The notes beneath the pieces were generated by a model that had not been told where the DNA came from, ran no database searches, and saw nothing but the letters and a program-made list of their open reading frames with translations. From Octopus bimaculoides (taxonomy: Eukaryota): 45,275 nucleotides of DNA. Of the stretch, positions 1 through 11,710 are shown piece by piece. The position numbers were made by a program, and so were the translations under genes. Every line of letters begins with the position of its first letter. Within the stretch, counting starts at the first letter, position 1. The stretch covers positions 38,467,795 through 38,513,069 of the forward strand of contig NC_068987.1 of assembly GCF_001194135.2 (NCBI RefSeq). The letters are read 5' to 3'.

Positions 1-600
1 TGACAATAATAATTGTAGGTATTGAATAAAATACTAGAGATAGGATGGCACACTGTAGATCTCCATTAAGGTGAGAATTGTTTATAATTTATAATATGGA
101 GTCCGTAGAATATAATAATTATATTAATATTGTCTGATTCAATATTAATATGTTAAAATATAACTTAAATGTAACACATGTGGGTTTTGAAAAAATTCGT
201 AGAAGTAATTATTCCTATTGCAATTGAAATTAAAATTTTTTTTTTTTTTTATTATTATTTATGATTTATTTATGGCTCATATTTTATGGTACTATGTAGT
301 ATAATATTGGATTTTAAGGCAGGCATATCAATGTAAAATTTGTCAATAGTAATTGTGACTTTCCAGTGGCCCCTAAGATAATTTATGTCTTGAATAATTA
401 ATAATAAATAAGAGAAGTTTTAGTAATTTAGTGATTATTGGTAGTGGTGTAATAGTCATAGAATATGGCAAGGAGTTACCTCCCCTATTGCAAGTTAGTA
501 TATGTAAACAAAGGATTTCGTATTTGATAACGTTAAAAAGAGTGTGGTATAGATTTAAATTTTAAATTTGATTTTGTTCGATTAATTCATTATGTGTTTT
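1..600 (-). pseudogene. Highly decayed Penelope-like RT fragment (tentative)
   Basis: Manual minus-strand translation near 30-130 gives FYGLHIINYK...HPISSILFNTYNY, resembling the PLE RT motif FYGLPKIHK...RPIIS..NTYNY. Many stops. Confidence 0.3.
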
Positions 601-780
601 TGAGTTTTTTTTTGTTCTAATGAAAATTATTCCTGATGACGTGTACGACAACTAATATATTTGACTTATTTTTAATGGTTAAATATAGTTATACACAGAA
701 ATGTTTACATTGGATGAATACATGGATATATTAAACTTCGGTGTTGAATCTCTTTATTAAATGTATAAATTTGAAACTTT

Positions 781-816
<36 letters not shown>

Positions 817-988
817 GTTACGAAGGGTATTGGAGTCAACCAAACCCTAAAGGTACAGGTAATACCGAGTAAGTGCTGTATACCGATTAGTTTTGCCCCT
901 GACGTGGTTGCAACATAAGTGGGGAATATAACATGGGTCGTGTATTAGCGTGTGTGTATATAAAAAAGAATAAGATAAAGAGACCAAT

Positions 989-1484
989 TTTTAATTCAGA
1001 AACTCTTTTTGGCATTGAACTGATGAGCTTTGTGATTGTCTCTTGTGGAATTTCTGCCCACTTTTCATGCAACAGTCCAAACAATTCATCTTTTGATTTA
1101 GGTTTCTGTTGAATTTTTCGTATAGCTCTATCTAGTATGCTCCAAAGATTTTCAATTGAGTTCATGTCAGGAGATTGGCTCAGCCAAGGAAGCTTTTTGA
1201 TTCCATTTTCAGTTAGTCATTGTTGATTCCGTTTTGCTGTGTGGCATGGAGCCCCATCTTCCATGAATAAAAACTCGTTTTTCGTTATGTTATCATGTGA
1301 ATGCATAAAGAAATTGTAGCTCACATTTGTTTTCATTCCTCCACTTCACTCTGTATTTCATATCTTCTCTATAATAACTATTACTTAAACATTTTTTCAC
1401 ACTGTCTCTGATGAAGGGATATATAAAATATCCCAGAAGCAGCTGCAAGACCTTCTCTTTATAAATGTCCTGAAAACTATTCAC
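989..1484 (-). mobile_element. Tc1-family DDE transposase remnant (C-terminal catalytic region)
   Basis: Minus strand reads DGAPCHTAK ... ENGIKKLPWLSQSPDMNSIENLWSILDR...W..IPQE.I..LI.SMPKRV, the QD.A..H / SPDLNPIENLW Tc1 motifs. Frameshifted. Confidence 0.85.
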
Positions 1485-1529
1485 AGCCTTGGATTTTCAA
1501 TTTCATTTTATATTATCTATCTGTATATA

Positions 1530-1577
<48 letters not shown>

Positions 1578-1590
1578 CTATCTGTATATA

Positions 1591-1636
<46 letters not shown>

Positions 1637-1639
1637 ATA

Positions 1640-1940
1640 CAGGCACTCCACATACACACACATGCACTTACTAAACATAGACAAACATAGAGGGATACGC
1701 ATGCGCAAATATAGACACATACAATGGGAATACAAAATACAACATGACTGATCGTTAGTAAGGAGGGACACACAAATAAGAAAGAAGAAAGCAAAGGACC
1801 ACTGATGAGGTCACAGAAGTGTGATGAAAGAACTCTGGCTGAAAAACGATTAATGTAATATAAAGCTGAAGCAAATTAATACCAAATATATAGTGCGTGT
1901 GTTTTTATTGGCTAAACTGGCAACACGACCATCTCCAAAT

Positions 1941-1948
<8 letters not shown>
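1640..1948 (+). mobile_element. Solo PLE 3' terminal (pLTR) fragment, inverted relative to 6281-6500
   Basis: Reverse complement aligns by eye with the tail of the PLE at 6281-9240 (e.g. ACTCTGGCTGAAA, TATTGGCTAAACTGGCAA, CCAAATACAACA). It contains a hammerhead-like motif. Confidence 0.75.
1799..1838 (+). ncRNA. Minimal type I hammerhead-like motif
   Basis: CCA-CUGAUGA-G-GUCACA(GAAG)UGUGAU-GAAA-GAAC-UC-UGG. Intact core, 6-bp stem II, 3-bp stem I, imperfect stem III. Confidence 0.5.
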
Positions 1949-1993
<45 letters not shown>

Positions 1994-2010
1994 CATATAT
2001 ATATATATCT

Positions 2011-2148
2011 AAAGGAGCACTCCGTCGGTTACAATGATGAGGGTCCCAACTGATATGATCAACAGAACAGCCTGCTCGTGAAATTAATGTGCAAGTGGTC
2101 CTTACAATCATGCGCCAAATATCCTAACCACTAAGCCACATGCCTTCA
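2011..2148 (-). mobile_element. Internally deleted tRNA-derived SINE
   Basis: Ends in CCTAACCACTAAGCCACATGCCTTCAC, the reverse complement of the SINE head seen at 5271 and 44233. Confidence 0.6.
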
Positions 2149-2160
2149 CTATATATATAT

Positions 2161-2561
2161 CTTTTACTCTTTTACTTGTTTCAGTCATTTGACTGCGGCC
2201 ATGCTGGAGCACCACCTTTAGTCGAGAAAATCGACCCCAGGACTTATTCTTTGTAAGCCTAGTATTTATTCTATCGGTCTCTTTTTGCCGAACCGCTAAG
2301 TTACGGGGATGTAAACACACCAGCATCGGTTGTCAAGCGATGTTGGGGGGACAAACACAGACACACATACATATATATACATATATATATATATATACAT
2401 ATATACGATCGGCTTCTTTCAGTTTCCATCTACCAAATCCACTCACAAGGCTTTGGTCGGCCCAATGCTATAGTAGAAGACACTTGCCCAAGGTGCCACG
2501 CAGTGGGACTGAACCCAGAACCATGTGGTTGGTAAGCAAGTTACTTACCACATAGCCACTC
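2161..2561 (-). mobile_element. Full-length tRNA-derived octopus-type SINE
   Basis: tRNA-like head, central (TA/CA)n and tail GTCAAATGACTGAAACAAGTAAAAGAG. Homologous copies occur at 5021, 6121, 11711, 19853, 20901, 32089, 33864 and 41340. Confidence 0.85.
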
Positions 2562-2964
2562 ATATTTTTTTTCTTTTTTCTGTCAACTGGAATAGTAGCA
2601 GAATCACTGTAAATGTTTTACTGCATGGATTTTAAACTATGTTAAATCATTTGGAATGTCCTTTATTTTGAAGTTTCTTTATAATGATGTAATGCTTTCC
2701 TTAATCAATTAAAGGAGTTGTTGGAAACAGTTGTAATGGATTGATGCCTGTACCTCTACTGTTACTCATTTATATTTTATTCACCTATCTCAGAATCTGT
2801 CCTTTGTAAATATTATGGATTGTATATTTAATATAATGTACATGTCTGAATAGATATGGAACAGATTTCTTCACTCAGCTGAGTCTAATTTTCTACATAT
2901 GCTGCAGGAATATCATTTGGCTGTACTTATGTACTAAGTTTGATATTTACATAATATTATTGTG

Positions 2965-3022
2965 TCATCATCATCATCATCATTGTTTAACGTCCGCTTT
3001 CCATGCTAGCATGGGTTGGACG
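2965..3022 (-). mobile_element. 3' tail of RTE-type LINE/SINE family ending in (GAT)n
   Basis: Reverse complement of ATCGTCCAACCCATGCTAGCATGGAAAGCGGACGTTAAAC(GAT)n, which also occurs at 11655-11709 and 34930-34991. Confidence 0.75.
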
Positions 3023-3154
3023 ATCTATTATTCTGACCTAATGAGGTGCCTCAATTTAAGTACTTAATTCAACTGAATCTTACTTATAGATATATATATA
3101 TATATATATATATGGTAGAAAATATTTTAGTGGAGAAACACACATAGTAGATAT

Positions 3155-4995
3155 AAAAAGAGAAACAGATAAGATGAAAAAACACAGAAGATTTGTTTAA
3201 CAGGATTTAAGAGTGTATTAAAGCCATGATAATAAAGATATACAATTTTGTACAAAATAAGGTTTTGTTTATTCATATTAGAAATGACTTAGATATGTTA
3301 AATCACCTGCCAGAAAGGGTTGAGGAGGAAACAATCATGGTATCATTCGATGTGATTAATTTATACACCAACATACCCCATAGTTATGGAAGAGAAGCAA
3401 TCCATTTCTGGCTGGACAAATATCCAGAAGAAATACCAGAACAGATCAACAAAGACTTCATAATTGAATCAATTAAATTCATCCTCCAAAACAACCATTT
3501 TATGTTTGACACCACTGTTTATCGCCAAAAATCTGGAATTGCAATGGGAACCAGGGCAGCCCCAACCATTGCCAATCGAACAATAGTCTATTTAGAAATA
3601 ACAATATATCAGGAATCTTTTTCAAAATTTGGAAACACTCTCTCCCAATACATAAAAGAAATTTGGAAAAGATTTTTGGACTACTGCTTCATCCTCTGGA
3701 ATGAAAACATAGATAAGCTCCTGAAGTTCAAAAGACTTCTCAATAACATTAACACCAACATACAATTCACAATGGAACACAACCATGAGGAACTCCCATT
3801 CCTAGACATACTGACTAAAAAGATAAACTAAAAAAATAGAAACAAACATTTTTTACAAGACCACAGACACTAAACAATATCTATTATTTAGCTCATGTCA
3901 CCCAAGACATATCAAAACTAATATCCCCTTCAACCTTGCAAGGATTTGCACCATAGTATCTGAAAAAAATACCAGAGAACTAAGATTGCAAGAACTTAAA
4001 AATGTACTCCAGGACAGGAACTCCCCAACTCAACTCATAAATGAAGGAATTAAACGTGCAAAATTGATTAATATTAAAACATTAAGAAATGCCAAACACA
4101 ACAACACATCTCTGCATACAACCCCAGAAACAAAGAAACATTCAATATCATCATTCAAAATCTTTCAATACTCCATAGGGACCCCAAACTTAAGAGGATT
4201 CTATGTAACCATAAAATCATTAAGAGTAGCAAACAGCCTAAAATATTGATGAAAATTCTCACCAATGCCAAACTATTCTTTAGAACAACGGATGCAAGTG
4301 TCATAAAGTGTGGTCACCTTAATTGCAAAACACATCTCAATCTGTTGGAAAGATTGGAATTCCATTTCAGACAAGGACAAATATTCAAGATCAAATCTAA
4401 CTTCACTTGCACCTCCCAAAACCTCATTTAAATAATTAGATGCTCAGGCTGCTATCAAAATTATATTGGATCAACAGGAAATTCAATCCAAAAAAGATGT
4501 ATGGTCCACAGACAACAAATTTCCTTCCCACAATATCGCCAAATGTACCTCAGTCAACACATTGACGAATGTGCAGAACGATTACAACCATAATTTGAAA
4601 TTTTCCCATTTTATCAACTTGCCTTCTGGACCTCAACTCAAGTAAGACTAATTAAATAAGCCTCATTTATCCAAAAATATAAACCAGAATCAAATATGAA
4701 ACCATATTAAAAATAAATAACTTACCCTATCTAATGGAAGAGGTAAGAACACAAAAAATAGAAATTACAGATTTACTGCAAAATAAATGAGTGAACAGTT
4801 ATCTCCCCTAGCAGTTTATCTCTTTCACCTCTCAGTGTGATGAGCACTGCAAAACCAGTCCTTACTTCAATTATGTTGGAAGAACAAAACCTTATTTTGT
4901 ACAAAATTGTATAATATCTTTATTATCATGGCTCTAATACACTCTTAAATCCTGTAAAAACAAATCTTCTCTGTTTTTTCATCTTACCTCTTTCT
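3155..4995 (+). mobile_element. 5'-truncated Penelope-like element (RT + GIY-YIG) with inverted terminal segment
   Basis: ORF 3226-3831 has SFDVINLYTNIP, YRQKSGIAMGTRAAPTIAN, WKRFLDYCF and LPFLDIL. Downstream are thumb FYKTTDTKQYLLFSSCHP and GIY-YIG CGHLNCKT...NLI*IIRCSGC..NYIGST. 3170-3269 is the reverse complement of 4883-4986. Confidence 0.92.
4832..4864 (+). ncRNA. Decayed minimal hammerhead-like motif in PLE 3' tail
   Basis: UGAUGA-GC(ACU)GC-AAAA-CCAG-UC. Two CpG-type G>A reversions would give GAAA-CCGG-UC with palindrome ACCGGU. Stem I is poor. Confidence 0.35.
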
Positions 4996-5020
4996 CTCTC
5001 CCTCACTATATATATTTATA

Positions 5021-5255
5021 TTCTTTTACTTGTTTCAGTCATTTGACTGCTGCCATGCTGGAGCACTGCTTTAAAAGGATTATAGTCGAAGAAATCAACC
5101 CCTGGACTTATTCTTTGTAAGCGTAGTACTTATTCTATCAGCCCCTTTTGCCAAACGACAAAGTTACAGGGACATAGACAAACCAACATCAGTTGTCAAG
5201 CAATGGTGGCGGGACAAACACAGACACAAAGACACACACATACATAAATATATAT
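5021..5255 (-). mobile_element. 3' half of octopus-type SINE
   Basis: Homologous to 2161-2400. Confidence 0.8.
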
Positions 5256-5270
5256 ATCTATATATACACA

Positions 5271-5598
5271 GTGAAGGCACATGACCCAGTGGTCAGAGTG
5301 TTGAGCTTACAATCGCGAGGTTGTGAGTTTGAATCCCGGACCAGGCTGCATGTTGTGTTCTTGAGCAAAACACTTTACTTCACGTTGCTCCAGTTCGCTC
5401 AGACGTAGAAATGAATTGCGATGTCACAGGTACCAAGCTGTATCGGCCTTTGTCTGATAACACTGGTGGCATGGAGAGGGGAGACTGGTATGCATGGGCG
5501 ACTGCTAGTCTTCCATAAACAACCTTGACCGGACTTGTGTCTCGGAGGGTAACTTTCTAGGTACAATCCCATGGTCAGTCATGACTGAAGGGGGTCTC
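5271..5598 (+). mobile_element. tRNA-derived SINE (second family)
   Basis: Head GTGAAGGCACATGACCCAGTGGTCAGAGTG...GAGTTTGAATCCCGG (A/B-box-like), then GTGTTCTTGAGCAAAACACTTTAC central domain. Confidence 0.75.
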
Positions 5599-5695
5599 AG
5601 TATATATATNNNNNNNNNNNNNNNNNNNNNNNNNNNNNNNNNNNNNNNNNNNNNNNNNNNNNNNNNNNNNNNNNNNNNNNNNNNNNNNNNNNNNN

Positions 5696-5995
5696 AAATT
5701 AAGAGGAATGACCACCAAAAGTGGACTCCTATATGCTAGAAATAGATGCCAAATCACCTAACCACGAAGAGTTTGTTCTCAAGAAAAAAAATTTCAGCAA
5801 GACGCCAGACTATAAAAAGGGCAAGACAAATAAAGATATACGAAATTTCGTATATTTTCATTTGTCTTGCCCTTTTTACAGTCTGGTGTCATGCTGAAAT
5901 TTTTTTTCTTGAGAACAAACTCTTCGTGGTTAGGTGATTTGGCATCTATTTCTAGCATATAGGAGTCCACTTTTGGTGGTCATTCCTCTTAATTT
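5696..5995. repeat. 300-bp loopless palindrome
   Basis: Centre CGAAA|TTTCG at 5845/5846. The 150-bp arms are reverse complementary with a few mismatches, and the left arm abuts an N-gap. Confidence 0.9.
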
Positions 5996-6120
5996 TGTAT
6001 GTAATATAATTTCAATTTTCGGATTTTTTAAAATATGCTAGGACACTGGTTTTAATTGATTAATATCAATTTCTACCCTCATTAAATTTTAGATAGATAG
6101 ATAGATAGATAGATATACAA

Positions 6121-6280
6121 TGGGTTTCTTTTAGTTTCCATCTGTCAAATCCACTCACGGGGCTTTGGTCAGCCCGAGGCTGTAATAGAAAACACTTGCT
6201 TAAGGTGCCACACAATGAGACTGAACTCAGAAGCATGTGGTTGAGAAGCAAGCTTCTTACTACACAGCCATGCCTGCACC
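6121..6280 (-). mobile_element. 5' half of octopus-type SINE
   Basis: Homologous to 2410-2561. Confidence 0.8.
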
Positions 6281-9240
6281 TATATAGTGTTGTATTTGGG
6301 GATGGTCATATTGCCAGTTTAGCCAATAAAGACACATGCACTATATATTTGGTGCTCACGTGCTTCAGCTTTATTTTATATTAATTGTATTTCAGCCAGA
6401 GTTCTTTTGTCACACTTTTGTGATCTCATCAGTGGTCCTTTGCTTTCTGTGTGTGTCTATGTTTAGTGTGTGTGGGGGGAATGTGCCTGCATTATTAGTA
6501 TCTCCTGTTTATACACGTTCGTTTAATTTACTTTTATTTATTTTATTCATTTATATCTACTTACATTTTCTTTTCTTTCTAATTTTTTTGTATTTAATTT
6601 AATTTATTTTGTTAATGTATGTAGTTATTTAATTCCATTTATTTATCTGTGTATTGTATTATATTTTGTTCATTTTTATCAGTTTATGGGGATCTTATTC
6701 TGTCATAGGTTGTGGTGTGTTAGGGGTGTGTGCTAGTGTTCTATTCTAGTTTCCTATTCAGGCTAGGTTTATCTCCTATTATGTGTATAGCTTCTGTAAT
6801 TTGTCTAAGCAATGTGTCTGTCCTATGTGTGGACAAGATTTTAACTTCTGTGCTGTTGAGTGAGCCCCCGTTTTCCTGCTCGGCATGTTGGTACAGAACA
6901 GATGAGCTCTTCTCTTCCTTAAGTTCCCTCCAATGTTCATTTTCCCGCTCTCCTATGCTCCATGCTGTCTCCCCTATGTACGTCATTGTGTTGTTACTGC
7001 ACTCTCCCTCTGTAAGTCTTATACTATAGACTACATTCCTAGCTTTACAGTTTGTTTGTGGGCTAAATCTACATGCAGTGCAGTTCCTATCATTACAGGG
7101 GGTTCTACTAAAAGGGTAGGTTCTACTGATTAGGGATTTGATAGGGTTGCCTGGCTTTTCTACAACCTTAATTCTTAGCTTAAATTTGTCTAGAGCCCTT
7201 CTAAAGTGGTATGCCAGTTCGCCTCTAGGGGTGGTGTTGACGAACATGACACTCTGGTATTTGTGGCTATCATACCATGAGTTGGTCTTCCCTATTTTCT
7301 TCTTAGTCCTTTTAATAGTTTTCCATGACTTGCTCCTATAGAGTGGGCAAATCTCATTCCTATTCTTATGTATGATAGTTTCAAATTTCCTCATGGCTCC
7401 TTTGTGTACTATGATCCTCCTTTCTTTATGGCTGTATCCTGAGAACTGCATGCAGTGGACGAAGTGTTGTAAGTGTCTCTTTAACTTTGTAGGGTCACAC
7501 ATGCAGGACACATTTCTCATTACTCTAATGAGGTCTGCCATCAATATATTGAATTTGGCATTGTCTGCAATAGCTGATTTCCAGTGGTTCAGGTATTTGG
7601 AGGCCATAGGTTTAGCATAGTGTGAATGAAATATTTTATTATTCAGTTTCCAGCCAGAGTTCTGTATCTAGTACTGGTAGTCTGTGGTTAGGGTGTTTGA
7701 TAGGGTAGTCTATCGTGACCTTAATACTCTGCTGGATGGAGTTAGCTATTTGTTGGATGCTCTCCATAGTATTAGTTTCTATTTCTATTTCAAGAGTACT
7801 CTCTTGTGGGGGTGCCTTTACCACTATGTTGATATCATTGACATAGTGAGAGTACATGTTCATAAGTATGGAGTTCTGTGTCAGGTGCTCTTTAAGCCTC
7901 CTGTCCTGCTATACCATGAAAAGGTTGGCCACATCACCAGTGATACTAACCCCGATGGCTGCCCCCTCATCCTGGGTGTATATTTTGTTGTTAAACTTAA
8001 ATGTGTGGCCTTTGAGGGTAACTCTTATACTAGTTCCTAGTGCATGTGTGATCATTTTCTTTACTTGATATTCGTTTTGGTGAGGGTCTGTATGCTACCC
8101 ACTATACATCCTGTTAGGTTCCAGGTGTTGTTACAGTCATTGATCCTGCTGAGGAGATCTTCCGTGCTGTCACAAACATCAGATGACATCTGGATTATGG
8201 GGTATATGATCATTGAGAGGAAGTAGGAGATCCTGTAGACCTTTTCTCTCTCTTTATGTGCCTGTAAAGTTGTTACTTTCATATTGGCGATGTGAGGTTG
8301 CATTGCCTGGATATAGTTCGGCAAGCTGTCTTATCGACATCCTGTTGGACTTATCTGTGGAGAGGTATACCACCTCTCCATTCTTCATGCGCTGCATGAG
8401 CTTACATAGGCCACATGCAAGTATATTTCCGAGTTGTTGGGCCTCTGTCTTATTCTGTCTCTTAGTGTATAGTTCTAAAATCTGTCTAAGTTTGGTCCTA
8501 GCTATAGTGAATTGTACTTCCATGTGGTTACTAGTATGTCTTAGGAGGAAGACCCTTTTGTTAAAGGGTAGTGTTGTCCGATAAATACGGCTCATGTTGT
8601 AAGATTTGTCACATATGTTGAAGAACTGAGTGTCAAGGGAGTGGGTACTTATGTTGTTGGCCCTTCTAGGGCTATCTTCCTCATTACCACTACCACCACT
8701 ACCACAACCATCATCAACCCCACCACTACTACCACCACCACTACCACCACCATCACCACTACCACCGCCACTACTACTGCTACTACCACTATTACTACTA
8801 CCACTATTACTATCTCTGATTATTGCTATGTACCTGGTGTTGGTGTATGTATTGTTGGCATTAGTGTTGATCCTTATGTTTGCCTGTTGGTCCCTGCCAT
8901 TCCCCCTGTTGTGGTTGTTGTTTCTGTTCCTAGCAGCCCTGTTTTCTGTTTCAAGTCTACTGACTCCCTGTCCAAGAATTCTGTTGCATTCAACTATACT
9001 CTCCCCATGACCCTACTTTTATTCTTGTCCTTGTGCCTATGGTCATCTGTGTGTGTGTCTGTATGTCCGCTCCCCCATTACTGTTGTTGTTGTATTCGAT
9101 TTTTTTTCTCTGTTTTTGTATCTGTTGCTTGTGTTCATGTGTTCATTTTTGCTGTTGTCGTTTGTGTTGCTCTTGTTGCTATGGTTGTTGTTGTTGTCGC
9201 TTGTGTTGTTGTTGTACATGTTTAAATTCCAACATATTTT
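6281..9240 (-). mobile_element. Near-complete but disrupted Penelope-like element
   Basis: Frameshifted RT pieces (GAAIGVSITGDVANLFM, YSHYVNDI, HRLPVLDTELW) and GIY-YIG ORF 6741-7607 (CKARNVVYSI...YIGET...ERENEH). It also has a low-complexity N-terminus and a 3' tail with a hammerhead-like motif at 6396-6435. Confidence 0.92.
6396..6435 (-). ncRNA. Minimal hammerhead-like motif (copy of 1799-1838, GAAA>AAAA)
   Basis: CCA-CUGAUGA-GAUCACA(AAAG)UGUGAC-AAAA-GAAC-UC-UGG. Confidence 0.45.
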
Positions 9241-9490
9241 TGTATTTTTGTGAAAGACTTGGGGGTCATGGGGGTCATGATGAATATATAAACATATATA
9301 TACACACATGCATATATATATACTTTATTGAAAAGCATATTACTCTACCTCTGGCATTCGAGTACTATTTTTTCCACATTGTTTCACATTTATGTGCTTA
9401 TTCTGGTATCTATCTATCTATCTATATATACATATATATATATATATATANNNNNNNNNNNNNNNNNNNTGTATGATAGTGTATAGATGA

Positions 9491-9855
9491 ATATATTATT
9501 CAAAAGAATTCCAACTCTGTTTTTTATGTTTTATTTATATTCTTATAATATTAATGTAGGATATAGAATATATAGTATATATAGTAAAATGAAATGAAGT
9601 ATTGATTGTCTTATTGAATAAATGAAATATTGAATATTAAATATTAAAGGTTAAGGACCTTGAAGACTGCTAAAATGTAAGAAAGTATACTAGTCCTTTA
9701 ATATTTAATATTCAGTATTTCATTTATTCAATAAGACAATCTGTACTTCATTTCATTTTACTATATATACTATATATAACATATACTATATCCTACATTA
9801 ATATTATAAGAATATAAATAAAACATAAAAAACAGGCAGAGATGGAATTCTTTTG

Positions 9856-9865
<10 letters not shown>
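9491..9865. repeat. Foldback repeat (~160-170 bp arms) with hammerhead-like motif in the loop
   Basis: 9491-9650 is the reverse complement of 9695-9865 with small indels. The loop is 9651-9694. Confidence 0.9.
9653..9698 (+). ncRNA. Minimal type I hammerhead-like motif
   Basis: AAGGAC-CUUGAAGA-CUGC(UAAAAU)GUAA-GAAA-GUAUAC-UA-GUCCUU. 6-bp stem I, perfect palindromic stem III (AGUAUACU), CUA triplet, one extra U in the core. Confidence 0.55.
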
Positions 9866-9898
<33 letters not shown>

Positions 9899-10632
9899 NN
9901 NNNNNNNNNNNNNNNNNNNNNNNNNNNNNNNNNNNNNNNNNNNNNNNNNNNNNNNNNNNNNNNNNNNNNNNNNNNNNNNNNNNNNNNNNNNNNNNNNNNN
10001 NNNNNNNNNNNNNNNNNNNNNNNNNNNNNNNNNNNNNNNNNNNNNNNNNNNNNNNNNNNNNNNNNNNNNNNNNNNNNNNNNNNNNNNNNNNNNNNNNNNN
10101 NNNNNNNNNNNNNNNNNNNNNNNNNNNNNNNNNNNNNNNNNNNNNNNNNNNNNNNNNNNNNNNNNNNNNNNNNNNNNNNNNNNNNNNNNNNNNNNNNNNN
10201 NNNNNNNNNNNNNNNNNNNNNNNNNNNNNNNNNNNNNNNNNNNNNNNNNNNNNNNNNNNNNNNNNNNNNNNNNNNNNNNNNNNNNNNNNNNNNNNNNNNN
10301 NNNNNNNNNNNNNNNNNNNNNNNNNNNNNNNNNNNNNNNNNNNNNNNNNNNNNNNNNNNNNNNNNNNNNNNNNNNNNNNNNNNNNNNNNNNNNNNNNNNN
10401 NNNNNNNNNNNNNNNNNNNNNNNNNNNNNNNNNNNNNNNNNNNNNNNNNNNNNNNNNNNNNNNNNNNNNNNNNNNNNNNNNNNNNNNNNNNNNNNNNNNN
10501 NNNNNNNNNNNNNNNNNNNNNNNNNNNNNNNNNNNNNNNNNNNNNNNNNNNNNNNNNNNNNNNNNNNNNNNNNNNNNNNNNNNNNNNNNNNNNNNNNNNN
10601 NNNNNNNNNNNNNNNNNNNNNNNNNNNNNNNN

Positions 10633-10880
10633 AAAAATGCCAAAGGCCAAGTTTGATTGTCGATGGTATGTTGCTAAACAGCACCAACCGCAGAATCCGA
10701 TGCATCAACTGTTAAAGAGAGGCGAGCATCAGGAACCAGATGTGCAAGCAAAGGAACAGAAGCTATTTCCTTTTTGAGTGATTCAAAAGAAGATAATGCC
10801 TCGGCAGATAGAGTGATAGAAGAATTTTTTTTGTATTTGCTTTCAATAGTTTCATACGCTGACAAGTCCATGCGTATCAC
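10633..10880 (-). mobile_element. Ty3/Gypsy pol fragment (RT connection / RNase H start)
   Basis: AFESLKKEIA-like SFESLKKEIASVPLLAH...LSLTVDASDSAVGAV followed by ..KLGLWHF. DAS..AVGAV is the Gypsy RNase H motif. Truncated by the gap. Confidence 0.85.
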
Positions 10881-11359
10881 GTCAGATTGACGATGGGAAG
10901 GATGACTTCCCGTTGCAAATACCGACAGGGCACAGAAAGTATGTTAATAGCCAGCTGGAAGAGATGTTCTCCTGGGGCTAAAAGCAACAGCAGCATTCAC
11001 CCTTAGGGTCTAGCCACATTTAAGTGGCAAATATACTTCACGTCGTGCAGTTACTGTTTATACCTCGTTCAGAGATTTAACATTGCATATATATAAATGG
11101 AGTTAGACACAGATGTTATTCGAATTCTTTTGCTTCTGACATGTGTTTTGAAGATGTCTCTGGTATTATTCCAAAGGTACCTGAAGTAATTATACATTGG
11201 TGTATGAAATTTTTAATTTTGGAGTTGCTTGATGTGGACTTGATTCTGTTGTGATTGACTTCAGATACAATGACCTTATTAATATTTTTGGGGGATGGAT
11301 GGTATTAACTGGATTAATGTTGGTATTGGTGAGTGTATCCCTGTTTAACAGGCTAAGAT

Positions 11360-11709
11360 GCACCATTTTGAGCATGGCCGTTGCCAGTACCGCCTGACTG
11401 GCCTTCGTAGGATTTTCGAGCAAGATCGTTGCCAGTGCCCCTGGACTGGCTTGTGCGGGTGGCACATAAAAGACACCATTTCGAGCGTGGCCGTTGCCAG
11501 TATCGCCTGACTGGCCTTCGTGCAGGTGACACGTAAAAGCACCTACTACACTCTCTGATTGGTTGGCGTTAGGAAGGGCATCCAGCTGTAGAAACTCTGC
11601 CAAATTTAGATTGGAGCCTGGTGTTGCCATCCGGTTTCACCAGTCCTCAGTCAAATCGTCCAACCCATGCTAGCATGGAAAGCGGACGTTAAACGATGAT
11701 GATGATGAT
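11360..11709 (+). mobile_element. RTE-type LINE/SINE 3' tail with internal ~60-bp repeats and (GAT)n end
   Basis: Repeated GGCCGTTGCCAGTA..CTGACTGGCCTTCGT units, then AGGAAGGGCATCCAGCTGTAGAAAC...(GAT)n. Confidence 0.8.
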
Positions 11710-11710
11710 A

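Noticed and set aside
626-660. CUGAUGA at 633-639 as a hammerhead
   Set aside because: No intact GAAA and no complementary stem I.
5271-5345. tRNA genes at SINE heads (also 2490-2561, 11711-11790, 44160-44233)
   Set aside because: Degenerate cloverleafs fused to SINE bodies.
8630-9476. Mucin-like poly-Thr / poly-Val ORFs on the + strand
   Set aside because: Antisense of the PLE's low-complexity N-terminal region, with no splice or domain support.
11230-11320. Possible upstream caspase exon after TTCAG at 11260
   Set aside because: No frame resembles the expected large-subunit N-terminal motifs. No such exon was found anywhere in 1-13615.
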